Part shown: positions 9,487 to 19,837 of the stretch, in pieces
How positions within the stretch are numbered: position 1 is the stretch's first letter
How the letters are laid out: each line of letters starts with the position of its first letter
From: Gammaproteobacteria bacterium
GTDB lineage: Bacteria > Pseudomonadota > Gammaproteobacteria > GCA-001735895
NCBI GenBank assembly: GCA_050298595.1
Contig: JBNKUM010000098.1
Location: 1-64,000 of the forward strand
Length of the DNA stretch: 64,000 nucleotides
Direction: 5' to 3'
Made by a program: the position numbers and the translations under genes
The notes under the pieces: model-generated
Told to the model about the DNA's origin: nothing
The model's input: the letters and a program-made list of their open reading frames with translations, nothing else
Databases searched by the model: none

Positions 9487-11523
9487 TTAATTATTACCAA
9501 CCGAGTTAGGTTTTGGTAAATTCGCCAATTGCTGGGTCAGAAACGAACTGGTGGTATTAAACTGTGATATCAAACTATCCAGCGCTGAAAATTGAGCGAC
9601 CAGACGTTGTTCCAGACTAGCAACTCGAGTGTCTAGCTTCTCTCTTTGTACCGATATGTCTTTTAAATCGCTGTTCAGTCCATCTTCCTTATTAGAAATA
9701 AGACCATCGCTATCCACGTAGTTACTAATTATGTCCTGCAATGCAGTCACTATCCCACGAGAGAATGAAACGCTACCCCGATCTCCAGTGGCGCCAGACT
9801 CAATCAATAATGCGAGCCCCTGACTGGAACCCTCAGAACTGGTTAATAACTGCCCATCACCACTAGCATCCACGCCATTGATAGTACCTGCCACATCGGT
9901 ACCATCGATGCCGGAGCCGACAGTAAAACCAATATCATTGCTAAAATTAGTATCTACGCTAATAAACTCGACCTTTGACTCAGCCCCATATTTCAGTGAT
10001 GAAATATCAAACTCATTAATGGCCTCATCGTATACAACGGTGACACCGACTCCAGATGCTTTAATGTTAGCATCGTTATTTATCTGGGCCTGAATATGAG
10101 CCGCCAGATCATAACCGTCTGCATATACACCTTGACTCAGCAAAATCGAATTAGACGTAACACCATCGATTTTTACTGTAAAAGCATCATTATTGGCATC
10201 AATGGTCAAGTTATTAACTGCTGTACCATTATAAACCGCTTTAGTTGCCATATTGGTAATATTGACAGCGTAATTTCCAGCCTGTGTATTATCGGTAGCT
10301 GACAGATACTGGATGTTAGAATCGCTGGGGCGGCCCTGCAAGGTAAATAGCGCGGCAACCTCATCAGGATAGTTGGCTAACGCGGCGTTAAGTTTGGACA
10401 TGTCCAGACCCAGAGTACCATCCTGTGTAGTTTTTATACCGATATCAGCTAATGAACGTAAATTTCCACTTAATTCAGAAACCGAATTACCGATGATACT
10501 TCTTAACTGGTAACTAATACTTCGAACTGTCGCATCTCCAATCAACAGACCTGCGCTGGAAGTCACAGGGTCATAGCTGGTTAGCGTCGAAAGGGTATTG
10601 GCTAGCCCATTAAAGCCTTCAACAAACTCCTGAATACCTGTACTAAGGTCTTCGATATTTTCGCTGACACTTACATTAACAATATTACCTACATCTGCTT
10701 TTAATAGATTTAGAGTGACGCCATCAATCGCACCTGTAACCGTATTGGTATCACGCGTAATATCCAGACCATTGATGGTTAATGCAGCATCCTGCGCCTG
10801 TACAGTTTGAGTCATACTGCTCTGAGCAGCAGCGTTAAAAGCGAGCTGTGATAAGCCCAAATTATCAGTATTATTTCCATCAGCATCACCGGTCACGCTA
10901 ATTTCCATGCTATTGCTGGCTCCGGTATTGTCTGATGTTAAGGTTAAGCGATAACCGCTGCCGTCATTGACTATAGCCGCCGAAATACCGAAATCACCAT
11001 TATTGATATAATCTTTCATTCCTGAAAGGGTTGTATTGTTATTAGCCGCGCTCACTTCAATAGTCTGTGTCGCTTTGGAAGGATCCTGAGTAAAGGAATA
11101 AGGGCCAGTAGTGGTAGTTCCAAATTTTATGCTTAAGGTACCCATGCCAATGTAATCGTTAACATCCGAAAACGCAGTAGCTGCGTTGCTAGCAATAGAA
11201 TGTGATTTAGCCAGGGCAGAAACTTCAACCGCATAATTTCCATTATCCGCATTACTGGTTACTGAAGTCGAAAAAACCGAACTATCCGATAATGATGCCG
11301 ATTTCAAGTTATAGGTTGAGCTAGATAAAAGATTACTCATGCTACCCTGAAACAGAGACAGGGAGCTTTTTAGTGCGCCAAAAGCCGATAGTTTGGCGGT
11401 AATAGTTTGTTCTTTTAAGGAGAGACGATTTTCAGTAGGAGCACGCTCAGCATTAACTAAACCGGTCACTATCGATGATAGATCTAAACCGGATCCGATA
11501 CCTAAAGAGCTTATAGTTGCCAT
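9487..11523 (-). CDS. fliD: Flagellar filament cap protein FliD (long form)
   Basis: N-terminus MATISSLGIGSGLD; C-terminus QFSALDSLISQFNTTSSFLTQQL. Confidence 0.95.
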   Translation of the reverse strand: MATISSLGIGSGLDLSSIVTGLVNAERAPTENRLSLKEQTITAKLSAFGALKSSLSLFQGSMSNLLSSSTYNLKSASLSDSSVFSTSVTSNADNGNYAVEVSALAKSHSIASNAATAFSDVNDYIGMGTLSIKFGTTTTGPYSFTQDPSKATQTIEVSAANNNTTLSGMKDYINNGDFGISAAIVNDGSGYRLTLTSDNTGASNSMEISVTGDADGNNTDNLGLSQLAFNAAAQSSMTQTVQAQDAALTINGLDITRDTNTVTGAIDGVTLNLLKADVGNIVNVSVSENIEDLSTGIQEFVEGFNGLANTLSTLTSYDPVTSSAGLLIGDATVRSISYQLRSIIGNSVSELSGNLRSLADIGIKTTQDGTLGLDMSKLNAALANYPDEVAALFTLQGRPSDSNIQYLSATDNTQAGNYAVNITNMATKAVYNGTAVNNLTIDANNDAFTVKIDGVTSNSILLSQGVYADGYDLAAHIQAQINNDANIKASGVGVTVVYDEAINEFDISSLKYGAESKVEFISVDTNFSNDIGFTVGSGIDGTDVAGTINGVDASGDGQLLTSSEGSSQGLALLIESGATGDRGSVSFSRGIVTALQDIISNYVDSDGLISNKEDGLNSDLKDISVQREKLDTRVASLEQRLVAQFSALDSLISQFNTTSSFLTQQLANLPKPNSVGNN

Positions 11524-11702
11524 CGCTTTTGTTCTCACTGTTACAGGCTGTAAAACCTGGACATCAATTTAAAGCATAGCAGTTAAATCACTAACTGTTG
11601 CTAATTGAGGATATCTCATCCTCAGGGCGCTTGGGGGCAGTTGAAAATTCCAACTCCCCCCAAAACGATTTGCTACTTTTTTTAATAACTTGCAATAACT
11701 AG

Positions 11703-11718
11703 AGCAATTTACAGACCA
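11703..11718 (-). promoter_or_regulatory. Sigma54 promoter of fliD
   Basis: Minus strand TGGTCTGTAAATTGCT (TGG-N-TTGC, GG-N10-GC). Confidence 0.6.
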
Positions 11719-11724
11719 GTTTTA

Positions 11725-12177
11725 TCAGGTACTATCCGAAAATAGTATCCCCGACGGAAGCGTACCAGTGCTGGTGGTTTCCTTATTCACATCATGTAGA
11801 TATGTAGCCAGTGCCAGCACTTCTTCTGAAGGTATCTGCCGAACTAACTTACCACTTTCAGAATCAATAACCTTGATGATAGTGCGACCACTAGCCTCAT
11901 CCATACTAAAAGATAAGTCTCGCTGCACACTTTGCACAAATTCATTGATCTGGTTGACAGCATCCCGAAGTTCTGACGAACTCGCTGAGGTTTCTTTTTC
12001 CGAAGTTTGTTGTGGCAAGTCCTTACCCTGTGCGGGCAAGTCCTTACCCTGTACGGGCAAGTCCTGGCCACCAGCATCAGGCACATTGGCAGCTTCTAGC
12101 TTTACAAACTGGCTTGATTTTTGCGCACTGGCTGCTGGCAGTTGCGCCATCACCATGCTTGAAATATCGTTAGCCAT
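11725..12177 (-). CDS. flaG: Flagellar protein FlaG
   Basis: LSFSMDEASGRTIIKVIDSESGKLVRQIPSEEVL motif; lies between fliC and fliD. Confidence 0.92.
   Translation of the reverse strand: MANDISSMVMAQLPAASAQKSSQFVKLEAANVPDAGGQDLPVQGKDLPAQGKDLPQQTSEKETSASSSELRDAVNQINEFVQSVQRDLSFSMDEASGRTIIKVIDSESGKLVRQIPSEEVLALATYLHDVNKETTSTGTLPSGILFSDST
12014..12065. repeat. 21-bp tandem repeat (about 2.5 copies) inside flaG
   Basis: ggcaagtccttaccctgt(g/a)cg units start at 12014, 12035 and 12056; encode GQDLPVQ-GKDLPAQ-GKDLPQQ. Confidence 0.9.
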
Positions 12178-12202
12178 GTTCTTTCTCCGTTTTTGATGTT
12201 AA

Positions 12203-12226
12203 GGGCTGGCTCGCAAGAACCAGCCC
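12203..12226 (-). terminator. Hairpin after fliC (terminator or mRNA-stabilising stem)
   Basis: GGGCTGG...CCAGCCC inverted repeat with only a short U tract. Confidence 0.55.
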
Positions 12227-12238
12227 ATTACCCATCAA

Positions 12239-13582
12239 TTACTGTAAAAGTGCCAAAACGTTTTGCGGTGCGGCGTTAGCCTGTGACAGCATCGCAATAC
12301 CAGCTTGCTGGATGATCTGGTTCCGAGTCAATTCAGCAGTTTCAGCAGCAAAATCCGTGTCACGAATCCGGCTGCGGGCAGCAGACAGGTTTTCAGTACT
12401 CGCCTGCAAATTCGCGATTGTAGAATCGAACCGAGTTTGAACAGCACCTAATTCTGCTCGCAATCCGGTGACCTGTTGTAAAGCGAAGTCAAGCGTTAAT
12501 AAAGCGTCATTAGCAGTACTTCCGGTTAGAACATCTACAGCTGCCAATGTTTGGTCAGATTGAGTAGCAGCACCAAGTAAAGCACCTTCGACGTCAACAC
12601 CCACACCACCCGAAGCAGTAAAAGCTCCTTCGGAAACAGCACCTGCAAGTATAAAGCCAGCCTGATATGTTGCGGCGGTACCGCCATTAAGTCCAGCACC
12701 ACTTATAGCTATATCTGATCCATCTGTATTACTCAGCACAATATTTGCACCATTAACAGTAGCAGTTACGCCGGTTTGTGTAGATAGTGCATTAATTGTG
12801 GCGGCATCAGTAGCTGCAGTTCCTACCAAAGTAAAGTTAACCGTATTTATAGTTGCTGCTCCTGCAGCAACCGCAACACCAGCAGCTGCTGTACTAGTCG
12901 TATTCGCAGTCAAAGCCTGTACACCTGTAGTAGCAGAAACATCATTGATAGCATTTACTACATCATTATTTGTAGTGGCAGCAGACAGATCAATGTCATT
13001 ACCATTTAGAGTCACAGTAGTTAATGCTGCAATCTGTGTACTTGTAAACGATGCACTGGTTGATATTCTAGCTCCCAGTTGAGAAGTTCTAGAGTCAACA
13101 CCTGTGACCTGGATAGTTTGGTTCTGATTGGCACCAACCTGAAATGTCAGCGCAGATAGAGATCCATCTAGAATTCTTTGACCATTGAATTCGGTAGCGT
13201 TTGCAACACGATTAATTTCAGCGATCAGGGCACCAACTTCATTATTCAGAGCCTGACGATCTGAAGAAGAGTTGGTATCGTTAATGGACTGTACGGACAG
13301 TTCACGAATCCGCTGCAGACTTCCACCGATGGTACTCAAAGCACCCTCAGCAGTCTGAGAGAAAGATACACCGTCATTCGCGTTACGAATTGCCTGGTTC
13401 AGGCCACGAATCTGGGTAGTCATACGTTCCGAAATCGCAAGACCCGCAGCATCGTCCTTGGCGCTATTGATACGCAAACCAGAAGACAAACGTTGCAGGG
13501 ATGTTTGCAATGCGCTTTGAGACATATTTAATGCTCGCTGAGTGTTAAGCGAGGCGACATTAGTGTTAATAAATTGAGGCAT
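12239..13582 (-). CDS. fliC: Flagellin
   Basis: INTNVASL...RLSSGLRINSAKDDAAGLAI and SRIRDTDFAAETAELTR...QNVLALLQ. Confidence 0.98.
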   Translation of the reverse strand: MPQFINTNVASLNTQRALNMSQSALQTSLQRLSSGLRINSAKDDAAGLAISERMTTQIRGLNQAIRNANDGVSFSQTAEGALSTIGGSLQRIRELSVQSINDTNSSSDRQALNNEVGALIAEINRVANATEFNGQRILDGSLSALTFQVGANQNQTIQVTGVDSRTSQLGARISTSASFTSTQIAALTTVTLNGNDIDLSAATTNNDVVNAINDVSATTGVQALTANTTSTAAAGVAVAAGAATINTVNFTLVGTAATDAATINALSTQTGVTATVNGANIVLSNTDGSDIAISGAGLNGGTAATYQAGFILAGAVSEGAFTASGGVGVDVEGALLGAATQSDQTLAAVDVLTGSTANDALLTLDFALQQVTGLRAELGAVQTRFDSTIANLQASTENLSAARSRIRDTDFAAETAELTRNQIIQQAGIAMLSQANAAPQNVLALLQ

Positions 13583-13672
13583 TGTAATCTCTCCTAAATT
13601 CCACGCTTATTCAGCGCCAAACGTTAAAAATTCCGGGTCACCGATGCTGACTGGTTTTCCCTCTCAGTGATG

Positions 13673-13699
13673 TTAACGGCAGTGGAAAGAAAAACTTTA
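13673..13699 (-). promoter_or_regulatory. Sigma28 promoter of fliC
   Basis: Minus strand TAAA-N15-GCCGTTAA. Confidence 0.8.
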
Positions 13700-13833
13700 G
13701 CGAAATTTCAAAGAGTTTTGGAGGTTTTTATATTGATATGATGCACTGAAATCCAGGAACAAAATAACTGCTTAAATTCAATCACTTATATGCATAACCG
13801 GATAATACAGGTTAATAAATCTAAATAGCTTAA

Positions 13834-15045
13834 TCAGCGCAGATAGTTAAATAACGATGAACTGGTAATGCGCGAAAACACAGCCTGAGCTGCATCCAGA
13901 ATAGTTTGCTCCAATGACAGCTGACTAATCGCTTCTGCAAGATCGGTATCTCGCAAAACGCCTAGCGAACCATTAGTCGCAAGAATGAATGCCTCATTAT
14001 CTTCGGACTGACTTTCCACTGCATTCAATCGCCCACCAATTTTAGTACGACTTTCTATAAAATTATTCATTGCCGAATCAATATTTGATAGCGCCTGGGC
14101 CAGATTTGCCGCACGAACATCACTGGAACCTGACGCACGCAAAGCTTCAGAGGTGGTCTGGACTATGCTGAAAACATCCTGATACTGACCGCTACTAATA
14201 GTAAAACTGTCGCCGGCTGCCGGAGTACCTGTAATGCTGGTACGTATGCCCTGAAAATCCAGAATATCACCATCTGTATAGCTTGCTGCAGACACGATAG
14301 TAGTTGGCCCTGATAAATCGATGACATCATAGGTCTGAGGGGGTGCTGCAGGGTCTGAAAATACGATCTGATAATTACCTGGTACATAAGCAGTCTGGTC
14401 AATAACATGTGCTGCTGCCATGGTACCTGTGCCCGTATTCCCAGCAGCAGTAGTTTCATTTAATGCCACGCTACTACTCACCTGCATAAAAACCTCTGAA
14501 CCATTAATACTGGCATCAATTTGACGACTTTGACTGATCTGGAAATAACGACGGCCCTGGTCACCATTAAATTGAATCTGTTTTATAGAACCGATAGTTA
14601 GCTCGGTGAATGGCTCTGATCGATTCTGGTATCCGGCAAACAGAAAGTCACCATTCTCATCAGTCGTATTAGAGAGAGAAACAAGTTCCTTGTATCTTTC
14701 ATCAATTTCATCAGCTATCGCATTGCGAGATTCTGCACTCATGACCGCATTATTACCCTGAATGACTAGCTCTCGAATACGCTGCATGACATTTTCAACT
14801 GAATTCAGTGTAGTATCCTCAAGTTCAAGACGATGTTTGGCCTGACTTATGTTGGATTGATATTGCTCATTTATGGCAACAACTTGTTCAAGTTCCAGTA
14901 CCCTTGCTGATGCAGCAGGATTATCCGAAGGCTTGGTAAGTTTCCGACCCGTGGATATCTGCTGCTGAAGCGTGGACAGTTTGGTCTGCTGGTCGCCAAA
15001 TGCCTTTAAGCCCTGAGTATATATCTGTGTCGTTGAAATTCGCAT
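13834..15045 (-). CDS. flgL: Hook-associated protein FlgL
   Basis: MRISTTQ, STGRKLTKPSDNP and C-terminal SLFNYLR. Confidence 0.95.
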   Translation of the reverse strand: MRISTTQIYTQGLKAFGDQQTKLSTLQQQISTGRKLTKPSDNPAASARVLELEQVVAINEQYQSNISQAKHRLELEDTTLNSVENVMQRIRELVIQGNNAVMSAESRNAIADEIDERYKELVSLSNTTDENGDFLFAGYQNRSEPFTELTIGSIKQIQFNGDQGRRYFQISQSRQIDASINGSEVFMQVSSSVALNETTAAGNTGTGTMAAAHVIDQTAYVPGNYQIVFSDPAAPPQTYDVIDLSGPTTIVSAASYTDGDILDFQGIRTSITGTPAAGDSFTISSGQYQDVFSIVQTTSEALRASGSSDVRAANLAQALSNIDSAMNNFIESRTKIGGRLNAVESQSEDNEAFILATNGSLGVLRDTDLAEAISQLSLEQTILDAAQAVFSRITSSSLFNYLR

Positions 15046-15047
15046 GA

Positions 15048-16958
15048 CTACCTCGTTGAATCGATCAGTGATTGAAACAATGTTTGCGCGATAGTGATTA
15101 CTCGTGCCGCTGCTTCATAGGCCTGTTGATACTTAATCAGGTCTGCCGCTTCTTCATCCAGATTGACCCCGGCTATCTGACTACGTCGATCTTCTGCCTG
15201 TGTCAGTAATGCCTGCTGGGCATCTCGATTATTCATCGCCGAATTTGTCACCGCACCGACTTGACCTACGATGACGCTATAGGCTTCCTGATAGCTATTG
15301 GTTCCACGATCAAATAAGCCCTGGGTTTGCAGGTTTAAAAGCTCCAGGCCGTTTCGATTATCACCTGTCCCACCCTGATTCGATTGTATAGTGAACACAT
15401 CTCCAGGCTGTGGATTACCATCCAGAGTCAGCTGCCAGCCATTGGACTCAATCAGCATATTTTTACTATAGGGAACCGAAGTTCCTGCTGGATACGCTGT
15501 ACCATTGACCACTATATCGGACGTGGAGACGAAATCTGTAGCTGGATTGTTAAATGTAAGGTTAACGCTAGTGAGTAAATCTACATGGGTCGCATCCACC
15601 ACTTCTCCCTGACTGATGGTTGCATCACCTAAATTATTCAGCGAGCTGGAAGTTCTAATTGCGGCAGCTGCTGCAATCAAATTAGGGTCAGAAATGGAGA
15701 CATCAATAGTCCCAGATCCCAGCTCTGTAGGCTTGATAGTGAACCTGTCTCCATTCGCAGCCGCACCAGCAATATTAAAGGTGAGGCCTTCAAAAGTATC
15801 AGTAGGAGCAGTAATAACACTAGACGATCCACTGGTAGAAGTTACCGTCCACACACCCGAATCAAAGGCGAGCGTATAGTCCTCAGTAGTCAACTGACTG
15901 ATATCGGTGATGCTGGTAGTAACAACTGCTGCCCCCGTGTTGGCGGTATGCGCAATGGTTTGAGGTTGAGAGAAACTGAAAAAATCTCCACCTAAATTGC
16001 CTAGTAAATCCATCCCTTCCCGGTGCTGGTCATTAAAACTGTCTGCTATCCCAATAGCCATTCTGCCCAGTGAGTTGGCAGCGGGAGTCAGCATATTATT
16101 TCTAAAATCGAGCAGGCCACCAAGTTCCCCTCCCGTGAGCTGAGCACTGATATCGCTATCACCAGATAATCCGTTATAGATGATGATATTCTGAGTGGGA
16201 TCAGCCTGATCAGCTATCACAGATAAATCGTAAGCTGAAGCACCCGCTACCACCGTTTGACCATTACCGATCAGCACAGTGATATTGTTTTCGCGTTCAT
16301 TAATAACATTAATGGTGACTTTGCTGGACAACTCCTGCAGCAAGGCATCGCGTTGATCTAGCAAGTCTGAAGACTGTTGATCCAGATTGCCCGAAGCATT
16401 GGTCTCCTGAAGTGTTCTATTGATTCGAGCGATATCAGCGGTAATCTGATTAATCTCTTCAACTGTGGTTTTAATTTCGCCTTCAGTATTAGTGCTTAAG
16501 TTTTCCAGCCGGGTATCAAAGGTATGGAAGCGATTGACCAGAGTTTCAGCAGCACTGATCAATTGATAGCGCGCTGATCCAGACGAAGGGTCGTTATTCA
16601 CATCCTGTACTGCAGTAAAAAACTCCTGCAGCACAGGGGAAAGCCCCCCTTGTGGGTCGGCCAGAATATTGTCAATCTGACTCGCAAGATCGGTGAATTT
16701 TTCCAGCCGTGTATAACTCGAAGTACTTTCACGCAGGTTACTGGTGATGAACTGGTCGTAGGAACGCCGGATATTGGTAATCTCTACGCCACTACCGACA
16801 TAATTACCGCCGATCAAACTTGGGTTACGGGTATCCAGTTCCACTCGCTGACGGCTATAGCCCGGAGTGTTCACATTGGAGATATTGTGACTGGTCGTGG
16901 TTAAGGCTCGTTGAAACGATAATAAGCCGCTTACTGCATTGCCTAACATATCACCCAT
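15048..16958 (-). CDS. flgK: Hook-associated protein FlgK
   Basis: HNISNVNTPGYSRQRV and GVNLDEEAADLIKYQQAYEAAA. Confidence 0.96.
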   Translation of the reverse strand: MGDMLGNAVSGLLSFQRALTTTSHNISNVNTPGYSRQRVELDTRNPSLIGGNYVGSGVEITNIRRSYDQFITSNLRESTSSYTRLEKFTDLASQIDNILADPQGGLSPVLQEFFTAVQDVNNDPSSGSARYQLISAAETLVNRFHTFDTRLENLSTNTEGEIKTTVEEINQITADIARINRTLQETNASGNLDQQSSDLLDQRDALLQELSSKVTINVINERENNITVLIGNGQTVVAGASAYDLSVIADQADPTQNIIIYNGLSGDSDISAQLTGGELGGLLDFRNNMLTPAANSLGRMAIGIADSFNDQHREGMDLLGNLGGDFFSFSQPQTIAHTANTGAAVVTTSITDISQLTTEDYTLAFDSGVWTVTSTSGSSSVITAPTDTFEGLTFNIAGAAANGDRFTIKPTELGSGTIDVSISDPNLIAAAAAIRTSSSLNNLGDATISQGEVVDATHVDLLTSVNLTFNNPATDFVSTSDIVVNGTAYPAGTSVPYSKNMLIESNGWQLTLDGNPQPGDVFTIQSNQGGTGDNRNGLELLNLQTQGLFDRGTNSYQEAYSVIVGQVGAVTNSAMNNRDAQQALLTQAEDRRSQIAGVNLDEEAADLIKYQQAYEAAARVITIAQTLFQSLIDSTR

Positions 16959-16967
16959 AATCGTCTC

Positions 16968-18008
16968 CTAACCCAAAGCTCTTTCGGATGAAACAAACGA
17001 CTCAAGCGAACTGCTGAGAGTGCTTCCATCTCGAATGTTAATAATCTTGTCTGCATAGTTCGGGTCGGTTGCATAACCACCCTGCTGCAAACCACGAATA
17101 TATCTGCTATCACTACCCTGGTGATTCAGCGCCTGTTGATAACGAGGACTGGACTGAACAAAATCTACATAATCCTGCATCGCTTCAGAAACCGAATCGT
17201 AGGCACGGAAGCTTGCCTGTTCACGCTGCATGGCACCCTGTCGATACTCCAGCGTAGATTGAGAAACCTGCTGCCCCTGCCAATCTGTCCCGGCTTTAAT
17301 ACCGAACAGGTTAAAGGCAATACTGCCATCTGGCTTTTTCATGCTGTGCTGGCCCCAGCCGGTTTCCAGAGCGGCCTGAGCAACGATAACCTCGGCAGAT
17401 ACTCCAAGTTCAGATGCAGCCTGTTCAGCATGAGGCCAAAGATCGCGCACGAATGTTTTTGCATGGTCCCAGCCATAAAATGGCTCAATCGCTTCCATTT
17501 GTAGTGATGTATTCTGTGGCTCAGGTTCAGTTAGTTTGATAGTGCTATCGTTTGTTAATGAACCAATCAGTTGATGCACCTGAAGTGCTGGATTGATGGG
17601 GAAGTATTCCTCATGTTTAGCTATCGGTGAGTTGAACATTTGCTGGGGATTCATTCGGTATACAGGCAAGTCCTTGCCCTCGGTAGCGGCAGTTTGCTGC
17701 CGCTGTGCCGAGGCTGGATTCAGCTGTCTTTGCAATACAGCCCCCAGACCTATGCCACCGTTTTGCGACATCACCTGGGATAATTGCTTGTCATACATAT
17801 CGGTATAAAAATCCATGTACGAGCTGTGCTGAGTGTCATCAAACTTAGCTGCAGAGCGCATATTCTTTAGCATCATCTGTATAAACAGACCTTCGAACTG
17901 TTGCGCAACCGATTTACTGGCGCTGGCATCATGCTCCCTGGCGGCCAATTTCATATCTGAAAACTGGCTCATATTCATATACAGGTCTGTAGATGTGGAG
18001 GGCATCAT
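16968..18008 (-). CDS. flgJ: Flagellar rod-cap/peptidoglycan hydrolase FlgJ
   Basis: AQQFEGLFIQMMLKNMR rod-binding domain plus AQAALETGWG, NLFGIKA and GYATDPNY (GH73). Confidence 0.95.
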   Translation of the reverse strand: MMPSTSTDLYMNMSQFSDMKLAAREHDASASKSVAQQFEGLFIQMMLKNMRSAAKFDDTQHSSYMDFYTDMYDKQLSQVMSQNGGIGLGAVLQRQLNPASAQRQQTAATEGKDLPVYRMNPQQMFNSPIAKHEEYFPINPALQVHQLIGSLTNDSTIKLTEPEPQNTSLQMEAIEPFYGWDHAKTFVRDLWPHAEQAASELGVSAEVIVAQAALETGWGQHSMKKPDGSIAFNLFGIKAGTDWQGQQVSQSTLEYRQGAMQREQASFRAYDSVSEAMQDYVDFVQSSPRYQQALNHQGSDSRYIRGLQQGGYATDPNYADKIINIRDGSTLSSSLESFVSSERALG

Positions 18009-18032
18009 GGCTTTAACCTATCTCGTAATTTT

Positions 18033-19136
18033 TTAGATTACGATTAACTCTGCAGAAAGCGCGCCAACCTGCTTCAAAGACTCCAGAATGGCTACCAGAT
18101 CACCCGGAGAAGCACCCACCTGATTCACGGCTCGAACGATCTGTTCCAGCGTTACACCTGTGTTAAACAGGAACATACGGCTATCGTCTGGTTTTACGGC
18201 TATATCGCTTTGCACAGTTTGAACCGTTTGACCACCCGATAAAGCGCCCGGCTGACTGACCTCGGTTGTATTAGTAATCGTAACGGTCATATTGCCATGT
18301 GATACCGCTGCAGAATAAACCCGCACATGATTGCCAATCACCACCGTTCCGGTACGTGAATTGATGATGACCTTGGCAGGTGCTTCACCCGGTTCAAATT
18401 CAAGATTTTCGATAAACGACATAAATCCTACGCGTTGCGATGTATCTTTAGGCGCATTAATGGAAACGGTAACGGCATCTTTAGCAAATGCGTTATTCGG
18501 CCCCAGCACATGATTAATGGTATCGGCCAGACGTTTGGCGGTAGTGAAATCGGAACGTTTCAAATTAAGAGTGATATGACTACCCAGAGCAAAGGGATTA
18601 GTCACTTCTTTTTCGATGGAAGCACCATTGGGTATCCGCCCAACACTGGGGATATTGATAGTCACACGCGACCCATCCTGCCCTTCCACACCCAAACCAC
18701 CAACAATCAGATTACCCTGTGCCAGCGCATAGATCTGACCATCGGCACCTTTTAATGGGGTCATTAATAAGCTACCACCACGCAGGCTTTTGGCATTACC
18801 TAAGGAAGATACCGTGATATCAATTTTTTGACCTATTTTGGCAAAGGGAGGAATATCGGCATGAATACTCACAGCAGCGATGTTCTTCACCTGTGGGTTA
18901 ACATTAGCTGGAATAGTTATGCCGTACTGCGATAGCATGCTTTTCAGGCTTTGCACGGTAAAGGGGGTTTGAGCTGTCTGGTCACCAGTACCGTCCAGAC
19001 CCACTACTAAGCCATAACCTACCAGTTGGTTGGAGCGCACGCCCTGTATCTCGGTTAAATCCTTGATACGTTCGGCATGGCTGGAAAATACTGGGAGTGC
19101 CAGTGCAAAAAATAAAACAAGGTTAATCTTTTTCAT
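18033..19136 (-). CDS. flgI: Flagellar P-ring protein
   Basis: Signal peptide, RIKDL...[13 protein letters not shown]. Confidence 0.97.
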   Translation of the reverse strand: MKKINLVLFFALALPVFSSHAERIKDLTEIQGVRSNQLVGYGLVVGLDGTGDQTAQTPFTVQSLKSMLSQYGITIPANVNPQVKNIAAVSIHADIPPFAKIGQKIDITVSSLGNAKSLRGGSLLMTPLKGADGQIYALAQGNLIVGGLGVEGQDGSRVTINIPSVGRIPNGASIEKEVTNPFALGSHITLNLKRSDFTTAKRLADTINHVLGPNNAFAKDAVTVSINAPKDTSQRVGFMSFIENLEFEPGEAPAKVIINSRTGTVVIGNHVRVYSAAVSHGNMTVTITNTTEVSQPGALSGGQTVQTVQSDIAVKPDDSRMFLFNTGVTLEQIVRAVNQVGASPGDLVAILESLKQVGALSAELIVI

Positions 19137-19145
19137 TGCAGACTC

Positions 19146-19829
19146 CTAAAAAGGAAATACAGGGCTATCGAAGAAGCGACTTAGCCAGCCCTTGGTGTTA
19201 GATTCAGCAACTACGCCACCACCACCATAATAGATACGGGAATTAGCCAGCTTGCCGGACAGCACGACATTATTGGCACTTACATCCTGTGGTCTGACAA
19301 TGCCGGTAAGACGGATGAATTCAGACCCCTGATTAAGGCCAAGGATCTTTTCACCGCGTACCAGTAAATTTCCATTGGGGTAGATATCCACCACCATAAC
19401 GGTGATCTCACCTCTCAGACTGTTGCTCTGAGCACTATCACCTGATCCGGTAAATGCACGTTCGGCTGACAGTGAGTTATTTAACACGGCGTCGTCGTGA
19501 TAAGTCGGCGTAGTACCTAGCAAGGTACCTGCTCCAATTCCTACACTGTCATCCTTTGCAGTTTTGGTTTCCGCCGATTTTGACGCATTGGTAGATTCGA
19601 AAAGCGTGATACTCAGCAAATCGCCAATACGAAAGGCCTTGCTGTCTTCAAACAGTCGTACTGCTCGCCCCTGCTGGTAAATAGACCCGTTATTAACCGG
19701 TTGAAAACGCGCTTCTTTCAGATCAACTGGAGCAAACATTGGGTCTGGTTGAACCTCGATTCGAGTACTCGCACAAGCCTGCAACAACAGTATTGCCAGA
19801 GCGCAAATTGTTATGCTTAATGGTTTCAT
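19146..19829 (-). CDS. flgH: Flagellar L-ring lipoprotein
   Basis: Lipobox LQAC, PNGNLLVRGEK, GWLSRFF...PF. Confidence 0.96.
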   Translation of the reverse strand: MKPLSITICALAILLLQACASTRIEVQPDPMFAPVDLKEARFQPVNNGSIYQQGRAVRLFEDSKAFRIGDLLSITLFESTNASKSAETKTAKDDSVGIGAGTLLGTTPTYHDDAVLNNSLSAERAFTGSGDSAQSNSLRGEITVMVVDIYPNGNLLVRGEKILGLNQGSEFIRLTGIVRPQDVSANNVVLSGKLANSRIYYGGGGVVAESNTKGWLSRFFDSPVFPF

Positions 19830-19837
19830 CGCATCAC

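Noticed and set aside
11523-11700. c-di-GMP riboswitch in the fliD leader
   Set aside because: The GAAA tetraloop and GACGCAAA core are not present; kept only as an unexplained structured leader.
12014-12065. CRISPR-like repeats
   Set aside because: Contiguous in-frame tandem units with no spacers and no cas genes.
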